Assembly (NCBI GenBank): GCA_965205485.1
Contig: OZ242180.1
Span: forward strand, 2,432,001 to 2,496,000
Length of the DNA stretch: 64,000 bases
DNA from: Candidatus Latescibacterota bacterium
Lineage (GTDB): Bacteria; Latescibacterota; UBA2968; GCA-2709665
Reading direction: 5' to 3'
Position 1 is the stretch's first letter; each line of letters starts with the position of its first letter. This document shows positions 1-10,686 of this stretch, piece by piece. A model generated the notes under the pieces. The model made no database searches, was not told where the DNA came from, and saw only the letters and a list, made by a program, of their open reading frames with translations. Made by a program: the position numbers and the translations under genes.

Positions 1-207
1 GCCCGCCCGGTTCAGGATTCTGACGACCGCCGCCGTTGGCAAGGCCTTCATCGCGTATCGGGCGGTCAATCCGTACGCATTTGGGAAATCCAGGACCTCC
101 CTTGCACGAGCCTCGAGCGTTTCCTGGTCATAGACGAAAACAGGCGTGCCAAACCGGCGCCGGATCTCCCGGATGTTGTCTTCGGTCAGGAACGCAAGCT
201 GTTCCAT
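1..207 (-). CDS. lysA: Diaminopimelate decarboxylase, 5' part (runs off window start)
   Basis: Not in the ORF track. Manual translation [57 protein letters not shown] has the GTPxxVYD motif and the PLP-lysine YAMKA motif; GGAGGG RBS upstream. Confidence 0.88.
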   Translation of the reverse strand, partial: MEQLAFLTEDNIREIRRRFGTPVFVYDQETLEARAREVLDFPNAYGLTARYAMKALPTAAVVRILNRAG

Positions 208-390
208 GGTCCCTCCGTGTGGTTCATGAATTCAGATTTCGGCTTGACTCATTTTCCGAAAAACGGAATATTCATTACGCAATCGACAACCGGCAGCGCC
301 GTCCGTTTCCTGTACAAAGGAAAAGCCGTGCGCCAGAAACACCGCAGCGCACGGCCCGAATTGTCGCAGCCCGCCGTCCGGCTTCAACAC

Positions 391-476
391 TGGTGCGGAA
401 GGGGGGACTCGAACCCCCACGGGCAATGCCCACCAGATCCTAAATCTGACGTGTCTGCCAATTCCACCACTTCCGC
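391..476 (-). tRNA. tRNA-Leu(TAG)
   Basis: GCGGAAGTGGTGGAATTGGCAGACACG-TCAGA-TT-TAG-GA-TCTGG, long variable arm, GGTTCGAGTCC T-arm, encoded CCA. Confidence 0.96.
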
Positions 477-771
477 AATAATGGTCATGAATTAAGGGTC
501 CACGAGCCCCTGACATGCGAGTCAGATCCAACTCGCGCGCCGTTGCAGGAATAACACCTGAAATAACGCGAATAATACGGAAAAGTCAACTGCAAATGTC
601 TCCTGCGGAAGCCTTGAGTATGCCCGCAAGGCGCGGTACGAGTCGTGATCGCGAGGCCAGTCCCTCACGGCGCAAAACCGTGCGGGCGACGGTCCTTCCT
701 CTGATTGACAGGTGTTATTCACGCCAGAAATCCTCCCGGGAATTCGTGGGAACGGACGGCAAAAACGGAAT

Positions 772-3144
772 ATGAGCTCGATACATCCAGAGCCGGCACT
801 TGGTATCCGGAAGGCGTACCACCGGGTTTCCGGCACCCTCTTTTTCCTGTTGCTTTTCCTGGTCAACACGGCCCATGCGCAAATGGAGCCGGAGCCGCTT
901 ACCGTCCAACGCGACGCGTCGGCGCAGGACTCCCTGCTCTATGAATACGCGGCCGACCGGGTCGAGGATGATGTCGCGGCAGGACGGGTTGTCTTCACGG
1001 GTAACGTCGTCCTCAAGTATCAGGACGTAGAGCTGCGCGCCGGGCGAATCGTCCTCCATAGAAAGGCGAAACGGCTGGAAGCCGAGGGGCTGCCGGATTC
1101 CACGGGACGGAAGACCATTGGCGTGCCCGAGTTTGTCCGAGGGGCGGAGCGATTCACAGGCTCGTCAATGGTTTACAACCTGGAAACCGGGCGCGGGCGC
1201 GTGAAGGGTGGCCGGGCGCGTCACGGCAGGCGTTATTACAAGGGCGAGCAGATCCTCCTGGACCGGCAGCAGGAACTTCACGCCCTTGCGATATCCATGT
1301 CCTCGTGCGACAGGGACCACACCCATTACGACTTCGTGTGCCGTGCGCTGAAGGTGGTTCAGGACGACAAGGCCATCGCCCGCTCCGTTACGTTTCGCGT
1401 GGGTCCCGTACCGGTGATGTGGCTCCCGTTCTACGTGTTTCCGCTCACGCAGGGCAGGCGCTCCGGCATTCTGACGCCGCGGATCGGCAGCAACAGCCGC
1501 GACGGCATAAACATAAGCAACATCGGTTATTACTGGGCGCCCAGCGACTACTGGGATGCCACGTTGAAGACGGCCATTCGGGAACGCAACGGTTTTCTCA
1601 TTGACGCAGGGTTCGACTACGCGGTGCGAAGAAGACTCAGCGGATATGTGAATCTGTCCTTTGAACGCGGGCGACAGCCTTCGGGCGATTCACGCCGCGA
1701 CTGGCGTTTGAACTTTCACCACCAGCACCGGCTGAACCCGACGCTCAACATGAGGGCCAGGGGGGACTTTACGAACAGCTCCAACTTCGACCTTCACAAT
1801 TCCAGCAACCTCTATCGGTACCTGAACCGGCAACTCCGGTCGTCTTTTTCCATGGACAAGCGCTGGACGGAAGCCAGGCGAAGCATGGATGTCAATCTCA
1901 ATTACTACCGGGACCTCGACAAGAACCAGAACCGGTTTCAGGGTTTCCCCCGTCTCTCGTTCCGTCAGGGCAGGCGTCGCATTTTCGGTCAGCCTGAATC
2001 AACCCGGGACGCCCTCTGGTACCACGCTTTCTATTACGACGCTTCCGCGGGTCTCACGAATGCCTTCACGCGCAACGAGGACGGGGACGACAACACGCAC
2101 AATCTGTCGCTCAACGCCAGGCTGGGGGCCAGCAGCCAGCACAAGCCCTTCGGGTGGCTGGATCTCACGCAACGGTTCAACATCAGTCAGAACTCCTCGC
2201 GCCCGAACGCGAACACGCGGACGCGCCGTGAGTCTTACAACGCCAGCCTGGCCGCCGGCACCGCGCTCTATGGTATCTTCAAGCCGCAGATCGGACGGCT
2301 GAGAGGGTTCCGCCACCGGTTTCAGCCCCAGATCGACCTCAGGTATTACCAGACCGCCAGGGTCGATGGCGCAACCCTGGGCTTTCACGGCCGCCGGGAC
2401 TGGAATGATCCCAGGCGCACCCTTAACCTGCGGCTCAATAACACGCTCGAAATCAAGACCGAAATGGACGGCAAAGAACGCCGGTCCACACTCGCAACGG
2501 CCAGTTTCTCAACGGGATACGATTTCGACGCCAATCCATTGCGTCGATGGCGCGATCTGCGGACCTCAGCGTCGATAAAGCCCGCACGCCGGATCGACGT
2601 TCGACTCAACATGGGCCACACGTTCTACGACGCATCGGGACGTCTGAACCTGTATCACCCGCGCCTGCGCAGCCTCAGCGTCAACACCAGTCTTCGCTTC
2701 AGCGGACGATCCGATCGGAGGTCGGACCCGATCCGAGACGACAGATCCATGCTTCCGGGCTCGGGGACAGGATTTAACTTCGAAGACGACATCTACCGTG
2801 ACTTCGGAGACGCCACCCAGCCGTGGCATTTCAACGTGGGACACTATTTCAGCTATCGGGAGTCTTTCTCCGTGGGCTTCGGATCATCGAAGCGCTCGTG
2901 GGTAAAAGCGGACCTGGCGTTGAATCCCACGCGCGCCTGGCGCTTCAACTATTCCGTCAACTTCGATGTGATAAACACCCGGCTGATTTCCCAGACGCTT
3001 TACGTTTACAGGGACCTGCACTGCTGGCAGGCCACGTTCAGCTGGTATCCCACGGGATTCAACAAGGGCTTTCACTTCAAACTCCATATCAAGGAATTCC
3101 CGCAGATAAAGGTTGAACATCGCAGGGGAGGTTACGGGCTATGA
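772..3144 (+). CDS. lptD: LPS-assembly outer-membrane protein LptD (FCB type)
   Basis: Signal peptide, N-terminal OstA-like jellyroll (YAADRVE...GNVVLKY), S-S-C-D...H-Y, RRSGILTP, C-terminal RDLHCW. Start uncertain (ORF opens at 712). Confidence 0.85.
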   Translation: MSSIHPEPALGIRKAYHRVSGTLFFLLLFLVNTAHAQMEPEPLTVQRDASAQDSLLYEYAADRVEDDVAAGRVVFTGNVVLKYQDVELRAGRIVLHRKAKRLEAEGLPDSTGRKTIGVPEFVRGAERFTGSSMVYNLETGRGRVKGGRARHGRRYYKGEQILLDRQQELHALAISMSSCDRDHTHYDFVCRALKVVQDDKAIARSVTFRVGPVPVMWLPFYVFPLTQGRRSGILTPRIGSNSRDGINISNIGYYWAPSDYWDATLKTAIRERNGFLIDAGFDYAVRRRLSGYVNLSFERGRQPSGDSRRDWRLNFHHQHRLNPTLNMRARGDFTNSSNFDLHNSSNLYRYLNRQLRSSFSMDKRWTEARRSMDVNLNYYRDLDKNQNRFQGFPRLSFRQGRRRIFGQPESTRDALWYHAFYYDASAGLTNAFTRNEDGDDNTHNLSLNARLGASSQHKPFGWLDLTQRFNISQNSSRPNANTRTRRESYNASLAAGTALYGIFKPQIGRLRGFRHRFQPQIDLRYYQTARVDGATLGFHGRRDWNDPRRTLNLRLNNTLEIKTEMDGKERRSTLATASFSTGYDFDANPLRRWRDLRTSASIKPARRIDVRLNMGHTFYDASGRLNLYHPRLRSLSVNTSLRFSGRSDRRSDPIRDDRSMLPGSGTGFNFEDDIYRDFGDATQPWHFNVGHYFSYRESFSVGFGSSKRSWVKADLALNPTRAWRFNYSVNFDVINTRLISQTLYVYRDLHCWQATFSWYPTGFNKGFHFKLHIKEFPQIKVEHRRGGYGL

Positions 3145-3220
3145 GCACTGCCGTGAAAAAACGGTGTCCTGTCTCTCAGTTCCGGCGTCCGGTCCCCGGT
3201 TTCGCGGCCCGTTGTTTCGC

Positions 3221-3249
3221 TTGCCTCGCCCTGGTGAATCGGCTAAATT
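3221..3249 (+). promoter_or_regulatory. Candidate sigma70 promoter for the dtd operon
   Basis: TTGCCT-N17-TAAATT. Confidence 0.45.
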
Positions 3250-3358
3250 AGGATTGGCATGTTGTGATGCGCCTCATGCCGGATATCTCCGCCGCAACCC
3301 AATGTATCGTGGCTGCGCGCCCCTTTTTGGTGGCGTTCATTGACTTTCAGGAACCAGG

Positions 3359-3796
3359 GTGCGTGCGCTTGTACAACGGGTCAGCCGTTCCGCGGTTTTC
3401 ATCAACGGGGAGCTCACCGCTGAAATCGGCCGGGGGATGTTGATACTTCTGGGCGTCGGACGGGAGGACACACCCGAAAACATCCAGTACGTGGCCGGCA
3501 AATGCATCCACCTGCGGATATTTGAAGACGAACAGGGCAGGATGAACCGTTCCCTCGCAGAAATCGGGGGGCAGGTTCTGGTCGTCTCGCAATTCACGCT
3601 CTATGGCGATACCCGGAAGGGCCGCCGTCCCGGCTATTCGGGCGCCGCTCCACCAGAGATGGCCGAGGCGTACTATAGCGAATTCGTGGATGCGCTGCGA
3701 AGCCAGGGTGTGTCGGTGCGGACCGGGCAGTTCGGCGCCAATATGCAGGTTGAAATTCACAACGACGGCCCCGTTACCCTGATGGTTGAGTCGTAG
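3359..3796 (+). CDS. dtd: D-aminoacyl-tRNA deacylase
   Basis: MRALVQRV start, SQFTL and NDGPVT motifs. Confidence 0.96.
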   Translation: MRALVQRVSRSAVFINGELTAEIGRGMLILLGVGREDTPENIQYVAGKCIHLRIFEDEQGRMNRSLAEIGGQVLVVSQFTLYGDTRKGRRPGYSGAAPPEMAEAYYSEFVDALRSQGVSVRTGQFGANMQVEIHNDGPVTLMVES

Positions 3797-3841
3797 GGAT
3801 TTTCGCCGCCGCGCAGTCGTATCAGGCAACACCTTCCCGCC

Positions 3842-4447
3842 ATGAAAAAACTCATCCTGGCCTCCGCATCACCGAGGCGGTCCGACCTGTTGCGCCTGCT
3901 CGGCCTGTCCTTCGACGTGGTGCCGAGCCATGTTTCGGAAACCCTGGACAGATCGATTCCACCCGCGGACTACGTGCAGGAAATCTCCGGCCGAAAGGCG
4001 CGGGCGGTTGCCGCGAGGTTCAACGGGGAGATCGTAATTGGCGCGGATACCGTGGTCGTGGCGGACGGCGACATTCTGGAAAAGCCGGCGGGTGAAGACG
4101 AGGCAGTCCGCATGCTGAGCAGACTTTCGGGAAAGACGCACCGCGTGTATACCGGCCTGACGTTGATCGACTCCGGAACCGGGCGCTCTCTTCGGGACGT
4201 GGCGGTGACGGATGTCGCCATGAGACCGCTCACGCCGGAGGAAATTCACCTGTACGTGCAGTCAGGCGAACCTATGGACAAGGCGGGCGCATATGCGGTT
4301 CAGGGCAGGGCAGCCGCGTTCGTCCATTCGATCTCCGGATGTTTCTACAATGTTGTCGGGTTGCCGATTTCACTTTTCTGCTCACTCCTCGAACGCCTGG
4401 CGGGTCAGTCGTCGTTGATGGTTGCCGCCGGGCATTGCAAAGACTGA
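3842..4447 (+). CDS. maf: Maf-family nucleoside triphosphate pyrophosphatase
   Basis: LILASASPRR, GADTVV, DKAGAY, NVVGLP motifs. Confidence 0.95.
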   Translation: MKKLILASASPRRSDLLRLLGLSFDVVPSHVSETLDRSIPPADYVQEISGRKARAVAARFNGEIVIGADTVVVADGDILEKPAGEDEAVRMLSRLSGKTHRVYTGLTLIDSGTGRSLRDVAVTDVAMRPLTPEEIHLYVQSGEPMDKAGAYAVQGRAAAFVHSISGCFYNVVGLPISLFCSLLERLAGQSSLMVAAGHCKD

Positions 4448-4461
4448 TTCCGGAGCCTTGA

Positions 4462-5364
4462 ATGCAGGAATTCGCATCAGAGTTACGGGCACAACGCGAA
4501 TCCAGCGGTATGTCCCTCGAAGAATTATTCGAACGGACGCGGATCAACCCCGATTATCTCCGCGCGATCGAGTCCGGCAATTACGACGTCCTTCCTGAAA
4601 TCTACGTTCGCCTGTTTATCAAGAAATACGCGCAGGAAGTAGGCCTGGATGTGGAGGAAACGCTGGCCAAATACGAAAAAAACAGACCGGTCACGGTGAC
4701 CGCTCAACGCGTTGCGAGCAGGGCGCGGGAACGCTCGCTGCCTGTGGGCCGCATCCTGGGAATTCTAAGCGTACTGGCACTTATTGCCGTAATCTCAGGC
4801 GTGTACCTTCGGCGTGACTCGACGTCTGTGACGTCCGCATCGACGGGGGCGCCGGTGTCAGAAAACGCAGCTCCATCGGCAGATTCCGGTCCGGAGCCTT
4901 CCGCAACGCCGGATCCCGCGGATCCTCCTGCTGAACCCGAAAGCCCCCCGGAGCCAGCGGTTGCCGACTCCCCGCGTTCTGCGCCCCGCGAACCGGATAT
5001 CGCCGTGAACCGGGAGCCGGGCGAGCGGGTGGTGTCGGCCTATTCGCTTCCGCAGCAGTACTCGGGCATCTGGGAAGACGAGATCGTGCTGCGCATTGAT
5101 GCGCTCATGGACACCCGCGTTCTGGTATTCAGCGACGGTGATTCCACCTTTGATAACCGCCTGCTTTCCGGCACACAGCGGAAGTGGACCGCTCTCAATG
5201 GGTTCCGAGTGGAAATTGAAGATCCCTCCGCAGTCTCCCTATTCCTGCAGGACAAGCCTGTTTCCCTCTCTGCAGAAACCGGACTGAAGCGCCGGCTCTT
5301 CATTTCCCGACACAATGTCTGGGTTGAAGAGATCGAATCCGTGTTGCCGCCACCCGTGCGTTGA
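4462..5364 (+). CDS. rodZ: RodZ-like protein (HTH, one TM helix, Pro-rich linker, C-terminal domain)
   Basis: N-terminal HTH (TRINPDYLRAIESG...YVRLFIKKYA), single TM segment, Pro/Glu-rich linker. Confidence 0.75.
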   Translation: MQEFASELRAQRESSGMSLEELFERTRINPDYLRAIESGNYDVLPEIYVRLFIKKYAQEVGLDVEETLAKYEKNRPVTVTAQRVASRARERSLPVGRILGILSVLALIAVISGVYLRRDSTSVTSASTGAPVSENAAPSADSGPEPSATPDPADPPAEPESPPEPAVADSPRSAPREPDIAVNREPGERVVSAYSLPQQYSGIWEDEIVLRIDALMDTRVLVFSDGDSTFDNRLLSGTQRKWTALNGFRVEIEDPSAVSLFLQDKPVSLSAETGLKRRLFISRHNVWVEEIESVLPPPVR

Positions 5365-5370
5365 TCCGCA

Positions 5371-7797
5371 ATGGATTTCAACTACGCGCAAATTGTCCCC
5401 CTCGCCACGCCAATCGACCGGGAAATGACCTATCGGGTTCCCGATGACCTCAAGCGCCGGATTCACATTGGAAGCAGGGCGCTCGTTCCGCTGGGGCCCA
5501 GGTGGACGACCGGCATCGTCGTCGATTTTCAGGACGGGACCGACCTGGAAGACGTCAAGTCGATAGGCATCCTGCTGGACGCCTATCCAGTCGTCTCTCA
5601 GAACCTCCTCGATCTGTGCCGATGGATGGCAGCCTACTATGTCTGCACGCTGTCCGAAGTGCTTACGGCCGCGCTTCCCGCCGGAATTCATACGCACAGT
5701 GGACAGCGAATTGTCGTTACCTCGTCCAATGGCGCAGATCCCGGACCGATAACCCCCTTTCAGCGACAGGTCCTCGACCACCTGAAATCTCGCGGCCCGT
5801 CCAGGCTCAGCCAACTGCAGCGCCGCCTGCGCGGCAACGGTGTGCGCGGTGCCGTATACGGACTGATTCGAAGGGGTCTGCTGACAACCCGTCAGACAAT
5901 TGAAGACCCCCGCGTCAAGCCCATGCAGGAGCGCATGGTTAAACTGGTGCCCGATGCCCGGTGGTTCGAAGTGGAGTGGTCCGCACTGGAGCGCCGGGCG
6001 CCCCGGCAGGCGGAATGTCTCAGGCGCATCCGGGCAGGCGGCGGCGTCATGCCTGCCGCGGCGCTGACCCGCGCGGGAATCGGATCCCACATCCTCAAGG
6101 CGCTTGCGGACCGACGACTGGTTCGAATCTACCACCGGGAGGTGCGCAGGGACCCGTACGCTGAAGTCGAGTCCACGGCCCCTGAGCGGCTCACGCTCAC
6201 CGACCATCAGCGGCGCGCTTTGGAGCAAATCCGGGATTCGCTCAACCCTCCCAGGTACAATTCCTTTCTCCTGCACGGGGTTACCGGAAGCGGTAAAACG
6301 CTGGTCTACATCCGGGCTGTCGACCGCGTTTTGAAGTACGGACTTGGCGCGTTGATTCTGGTGCCCGAGATTTCGCTCACGCCTCAAACGGTACGCCGCT
6401 TCAGATCCCATTTCGGCAACCGGGTTGCCGTCATTCACAGCGCACTGTCGGAAAGCGAGCGCTACGATGCCTGGCGTGACGTCCGCGAGGGCCGGCGGAC
6501 CATTGTCATCGGCGCTCGTTCGGCGGTGTTTGCGCCGGTATCGAACCTGGGCCTCATCGTTGTGGACGAAGAACACGACAGCGCATACAAACAGGCGGAT
6601 CCGGCGCCCCGGTACAACGCGCGCGACGTCGCGGTAATGCGCGCGAACATGGAGAATATCCCCATAGTACTGGGCTCGGCCACGCCCGCGCTCGAGTCCT
6701 ATCACAACGTCGACACGGAAAAATTCCGTCTGCTCCCGCTGCCGGAACGGATAGATTCCCGCCCGCTGCCCGAAGTCACCCTGGTGGATATGAGGAAGGA
6801 AAGCGGCCTTTTTTCTAGGGTCTTGCGGGAAAAGCTAAAGGACCGTCTTGAGAAGAAAGAGCGGGTCATCCTGCTGCAGAACCGCAGAGGTTACGCGCCC
6901 TACGTGCAGTGCATGGATTGTGGCGACAGTTTACAATGCCCGAACTGCCGGGTCACGCTCACGTACCACGCCCAGGGCAGTCGAATGGTGTGTCACTACT
7001 GCGCATACGATACCCCGGCGCCGTCCGCATGCCGCGCCTGTGAGGGAACTCATCTCAAGCTGCTCGGAGTGGGCACGCAACGCGTGGAAGAAGCCCTCAA
7101 CGAACAATTTTCCGGGATGCGCCTGCTCCGCATGGACGTCGATACGACCCGCCGGAAAGGGGCGCACGACCGAATCCTCGAATCCTTCAGGAAGGGGCGG
7201 GCGGACGTCCTGCTGGGCACGCAGATGGTGGCCAAGGGCCTGGATTTTCCCGGGGTCACCCTCGTTGGGGTCATTTCTGCCGATACCGGCATCCATCTAC
7301 CCGATTTCAGGGCAGGAGAACGCACGTTCCAGTTGCTTACGCAGGTGAGCGGCCGGGCCGGACGCGGGCATACTCCCGGCGAGGTCGTCGTACAGACATA
7401 CTTGCCGGAAGGCGAAGCCGTGCAGTGCGCGCGGAACCACGATTTCAAGCGATTTGCCGAACTTGAACTCGAGGGACGACGGAGCGTACTGTATCCTCCG
7501 TACGGCCGTATGGCCCTGCTGCTTTTTAAAGGAAGACATGAGCATGATGTTGCCCGTACCGCGGGGTTGTGCGCCGAGGCACTGCGTGCAATGGCGCTGC
7601 CGCACGTTGACGTCATGGGACCGGCGCAGGCGCCGCTTGCGCGTATCCGAAGGAACTTCCGGTGGCAGGTCGTGCTTAAAACACCTTCATCCAGACACCT
7701 GAACGCCCTCGCCCGCCGCGCCATGCGCGAATACGGTCGCAGGCGCCGCGCCGCCGTGACGCTGGACGTGGACATCGACCCGGTATCCTTGCTGTAG
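5371..7797 (+). CDS. priA: Primosomal protein N'
   Basis: GVTGSGKT, DEEH, GSATP, four CxxC zinc motifs, QVSGRAGR, DIDP C-terminus. Confidence 0.97.
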   Translation: MDFNYAQIVPLATPIDREMTYRVPDDLKRRIHIGSRALVPLGPRWTTGIVVDFQDGTDLEDVKSIGILLDAYPVVSQNLLDLCRWMAAYYVCTLSEVLTAALPAGIHTHSGQRIVVTSSNGADPGPITPFQRQVLDHLKSRGPSRLSQLQRRLRGNGVRGAVYGLIRRGLLTTRQTIEDPRVKPMQERMVKLVPDARWFEVEWSALERRAPRQAECLRRIRAGGGVMPAAALTRAGIGSHILKALADRRLVRIYHREVRRDPYAEVESTAPERLTLTDHQRRALEQIRDSLNPPRYNSFLLHGVTGSGKTLVYIRAVDRVLKYGLGALILVPEISLTPQTVRRFRSHFGNRVAVIHSALSESERYDAWRDVREGRRTIVIGARSAVFAPVSNLGLIVVDEEHDSAYKQADPAPRYNARDVAVMRANMENIPIVLGSATPALESYHNVDTEKFRLLPLPERIDSRPLPEVTLVDMRKESGLFSRVLREKLKDRLEKKERVILLQNRRGYAPYVQCMDCGDSLQCPNCRVTLTYHAQGSRMVCHYCAYDTPAPSACRACEGTHLKLLGVGTQRVEEALNEQFSGMRLLRMDVDTTRRKGAHDRILESFRKGRADVLLGTQMVAKGLDFPGVTLVGVISADTGIHLPDFRAGERTFQLLTQVSGRAGRGHTPGEVVVQTYLPEGEAVQCARNHDFKRFAELELEGRRSVLYPPYGRMALLLFKGRHEHDVARTAGLCAEALRAMALPHVDVMGPAQAPLARIRRNFRWQVVLKTPSSRHLNALARRAMREYGRRRRAAVTLDVDIDPVSLL

Positions 7798-7892
7798 ACG
7801 ACCCAGCCAACCGACGCCGCGCGACGTTGGCGGGGCCCGGAGTTGCGGCCGTCCTGCTCTTATCTCACTAGAGGGATGACCGCGTATCACCC

Positions 7893-9404
7893 ATGCGCTT
7901 CCGACACGTCAAATCGCTCGCAAGACACACTGCCGTTTACGGAGTGGGCGACCTGCTCGGAAAGGCGACCGGCATCCTTCTCGTGCCGGTTTACGCTCGC
8001 CTGCTCTCGCCATCAGAAAACGGCGACATGGCGCTCGCGTACGCATTCGTCAGTTTCAGCGTCCTCCTGTATGCCCTGGGTCTGAACCACGCGCTCGTCC
8101 GCCACCTCTCTGTCGAGCGCGGCGCCGGCGACATACGCCTCAAGTTCAGCACGGCATACTGGACGCTTCTGGCTTCAGGCATCGTGCTGACTTTCCTGGT
8201 TTGGAATTCTGCGGCTCGCCTGGCCATCGTTTTTCTCGATTCCACGTCCTACGCCGATATCTTTCGGATTGTCTCGGTCATACTCCTGCTGGATACGCTG
8301 TCCGAGCCCTTCTTCACTTTGTGCAGGGTGCGGCAGAGGTCCGGAACCTACGCGTCGGTACGGTTCGTTCAACACACGCTGCAGCTTGGCCTCACCGTTT
8401 ACCTGATCGCCTGGGAAGGGAACGGAGTACGCGCGATTTTCTGGAGCAACCTGGTCAGCTCCGCATTTGCCTTTTTGGCGCTTTGCCCGATCGGGTTTCG
8501 CGTCCTCCGGCCCGTGTATTCGACGTCGACCCTGCGGGAACTTCTGCGTTTTGGTCTGCCCTTTGTCCCCTCTGCCGCTGCACTGCTTCTGATTAACCTT
8601 TCCGACCGGTTGCTGCTGAAGTTCTTCCTTGGAAAGGACCCCGTAGGGATCCTGCAAATCCTCTTCCGGTTCTGCCTCCCCATGCAGATGCTTACGCGTG
8701 TCTTTCGCTCCGCGTGGGCGCCGGGCGTCCTGGCCATTCCGGACAGAGCCGAGGCCCGCACCGTTGTGGCCCGGATGACCACCTACTATGCGGCGGGAGC
8801 AACCCTGCTGCTTCTGGTGCTATCCACCTTCGCACGTGATCTCATTCTGTTGGGCTGCGGGAGCAGGGCCGCGGAATACCTGCCGGCACAGGGGGTCATT
8901 CCCATCGTAACCCTTGCTTTCCTGTTATCCGGCCTGTACATTATATTGACGGCAGGCGTGTACGCGGAGGGCCGTTCACGGATGCTGCCGCTTGTCGTGG
9001 GCGTGGGTGCGGGCGTCAACGTGGGATTCAACCTTTTGCTCATCCCGCATATGGGGGTGTTTGGCGCCGCGTGGAGTACGCTGGCCGCGTACGGGGTCAT
9101 GGTGGTCTTTCTGTATTTCCACACGCGGCGATTCTACCCGGTCGCCTACGAGTACGCCAGGCTTGCGAAGATCGGGGTCGCCGGCGGTATCGTTTTAATT
9201 GGCGTATCCGGATTTGCGCCCGATGCCAGTCCGTCCGGCATTGTCACCCGCTGCATTCTGTTGCTGGCCTATCCGTTCATTCTGTGGGGATGGAACTTCC
9301 TTGAATCCGGAGAGTGGCAGGAGATCCGGCAACTCTTCCGGCTGCCGAAACAGGCGGGTGTAAAGGCCGGGGAATCATCGGGGGGCAGGCCTGATGTTCC
9401 CTGA
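7893..9404 (+). CDS. Oligosaccharide flippase (Wzx/MOP family)
   Basis: Many TM segments; LARHTAVYG...LLVPVYARLLSP; LNLLLIP-G--GAAWST type motif. Confidence 0.8.
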   Translation: MRFRHVKSLARHTAVYGVGDLLGKATGILLVPVYARLLSPSENGDMALAYAFVSFSVLLYALGLNHALVRHLSVERGAGDIRLKFSTAYWTLLASGIVLTFLVWNSAARLAIVFLDSTSYADIFRIVSVILLLDTLSEPFFTLCRVRQRSGTYASVRFVQHTLQLGLTVYLIAWEGNGVRAIFWSNLVSSAFAFLALCPIGFRVLRPVYSTSTLRELLRFGLPFVPSAAALLLINLSDRLLLKFFLGKDPVGILQILFRFCLPMQMLTRVFRSAWAPGVLAIPDRAEARTVVARMTTYYAAGATLLLLVLSTFARDLILLGCGSRAAEYLPAQGVIPIVTLAFLLSGLYIILTAGVYAEGRSRMLPLVVGVGAGVNVGFNLLLIPHMGVFGAAWSTLAAYGVMVVFLYFHTRRFYPVAYEYARLAKIGVAGGIVLIGVSGFAPDASPSGIVTRCILLLAYPFILWGWNFLESGEWQEIRQLFRLPKQAGVKAGESSGGRPDVP

Positions 9405-9439
9405 TTTCAACGCTGCGACAGAAGGAATTCAGCAAATAT

Positions 9440-9787
9440 ATGAAAATGCCGTTCAGGGCTCGACAGGCCGCAGGGAAAGTTCGCCGCTTGTTTCTGGTTC
9501 ACTTCCGAAAGTCCTATGTTGCCGAGCAGGCAACGCTGCTTGCAGGCGAATGTAACCGGTGTGGCAACTGCTGCGAAATCCTGTTCAAATGCCCCTTCCT
9601 TGTCAAACAGGACGATGGATTCTCGGTCTGCAGCATCTACGAGAACCGGCCGCTCCAGTGCAATGCGTTTCCGATCGACGAGAGATGCCTTGCCGATGTG
9701 AATTTCGATTGCACGTTCAGTTTCGAAAAACAGCCCGCGTCCGTACCGGACCCGTCTAACCCGTTGCTACGGATCGAATCCGATTGA
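9440..9787 (+). CDS. Small Cys-cluster protein (YkgJ/CxxCxxCC family)
   Basis: CNRCGNCC, CPFL, CSIYENRP-QC--FP. Confidence 0.75.
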   Translation: MKMPFRARQAAGKVRRLFLVHFRKSYVAEQATLLAGECNRCGNCCEILFKCPFLVKQDDGFSVCSIYENRPLQCNAFPIDERCLADVNFDCTFSFEKQPASVPDPSNPLLRIESD

Positions 9788-9845
9788 CCGGAATCCCGGA
9801 ACTTCCTCTTTCGTGTCCCGTCTCACCGCGTTGCTTGCGCTGCTT

Positions 9846-9865
9846 GCGTTGAGCTTGTCGAAACG
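9846..9865 (+). repeat. REP-like element (GAGCTTGTCGAA core)
   Basis: CGTTGAGCTTGTCGAAACG, intergenic; same core as the element at 24357-24398. Confidence 0.5.
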
Positions 9866-9928
9866 GCTTGTCGACGTGCCCTGGCCCGGCCCGAGTATCG
9901 CTGAAACGGGACGCAGTACTCAGGAAAG

Positions 9929-10648
9929 ATGGACGCTAACGAATGGCACAAAGGCGCTGCCGGTCGATCCGCCCGGCGGGGCGTCATCTGCGCACTGTTC
10001 TGCCTTCTGACAGTTGGCGCCGCCCGCTGTCCCGCACAACTGCCGGATCCTCCCGCGTCATTCACAATGGCGAGGCTTAAATTCGGCGGCGGCGGGGACT
10101 GGTACAATGGGCCCACCGAGATTCCCAACCTTCTGGCCTTTATCCGCAGTCGAACGAGGATCCATACGGCCGAACGGGAAGCCCGGGTCGAAATCATGGA
10201 CGAGGACCTGTTCGCGTATCCCGTTCTTTACCTCACCGGTCACGGAAATATCCTGTTCACCGAAGATGAAGTCATGCGCCTTCGCACGTACCTTGAACGC
10301 GGAGGCTTCCTCTTTGCCAACGACGACTACGGACTCGACAAAGCGTTTCGTCGTGAAATCAAACGGACCTTCCCCGATAAAGAGCTGGTTGAATTGCCGC
10401 CTTCATTCGGCATCTTTCAATCCCCCTTCCCGTTTCCGGACGGCCTGCCCAAGATTCACGAACACGACGGAAAACGACCCCAGGCCTTTGGCATCTTTCA
10501 CGAGGGAAGGCTTGTCGTGTTTTACAACTACGAGTGCGACCTCGGGGACGGTTGGAACGATCCCGCGGTACACAACGACCCGCCGGAAATGCGGGATGCC
10601 GCGTTGAAGATGGGAACAAACGTCGTCGTCTGGGCGCTCACGCACTGA
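9929..10648 (+). CDS. DUF4159 family protein with signal peptide
   Basis: GGGDWY, YPVLYLTGHG, LRTYLERGGFL, DDYG, GLPKIHEHD, DLGDGW. Confidence 0.85.
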   Translation: MDANEWHKGAAGRSARRGVICALFCLLTVGAARCPAQLPDPPASFTMARLKFGGGGDWYNGPTEIPNLLAFIRSRTRIHTAEREARVEIMDEDLFAYPVLYLTGHGNILFTEDEVMRLRTYLERGGFLFANDDYGLDKAFRREIKRTFPDKELVELPPSFGIFQSPFPFPDGLPKIHEHDGKRPQAFGIFHEGRLVVFYNYECDLGDGWNDPAVHNDPPEMRDAALKMGTNVVVWALTH

Positions 10649-10686
10649 CCGCGACGATCGGGCCTTAGCCCGCGTTTCCCTCAATT

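Noticed and set aside
208..390. Lysine riboswitch upstream of lysA
   Set aside because: No recognisable L-box consensus in the gap between the tRNA and lysA.
5239..6705. Long antisense ORFs (also 15357-16466, 19221-20399, 21750-23183, 48570-49838 and others)
   Set aside because: Shadow ORFs opposite well-supported genes, expected in GC-rich DNA; no recognisable motifs.
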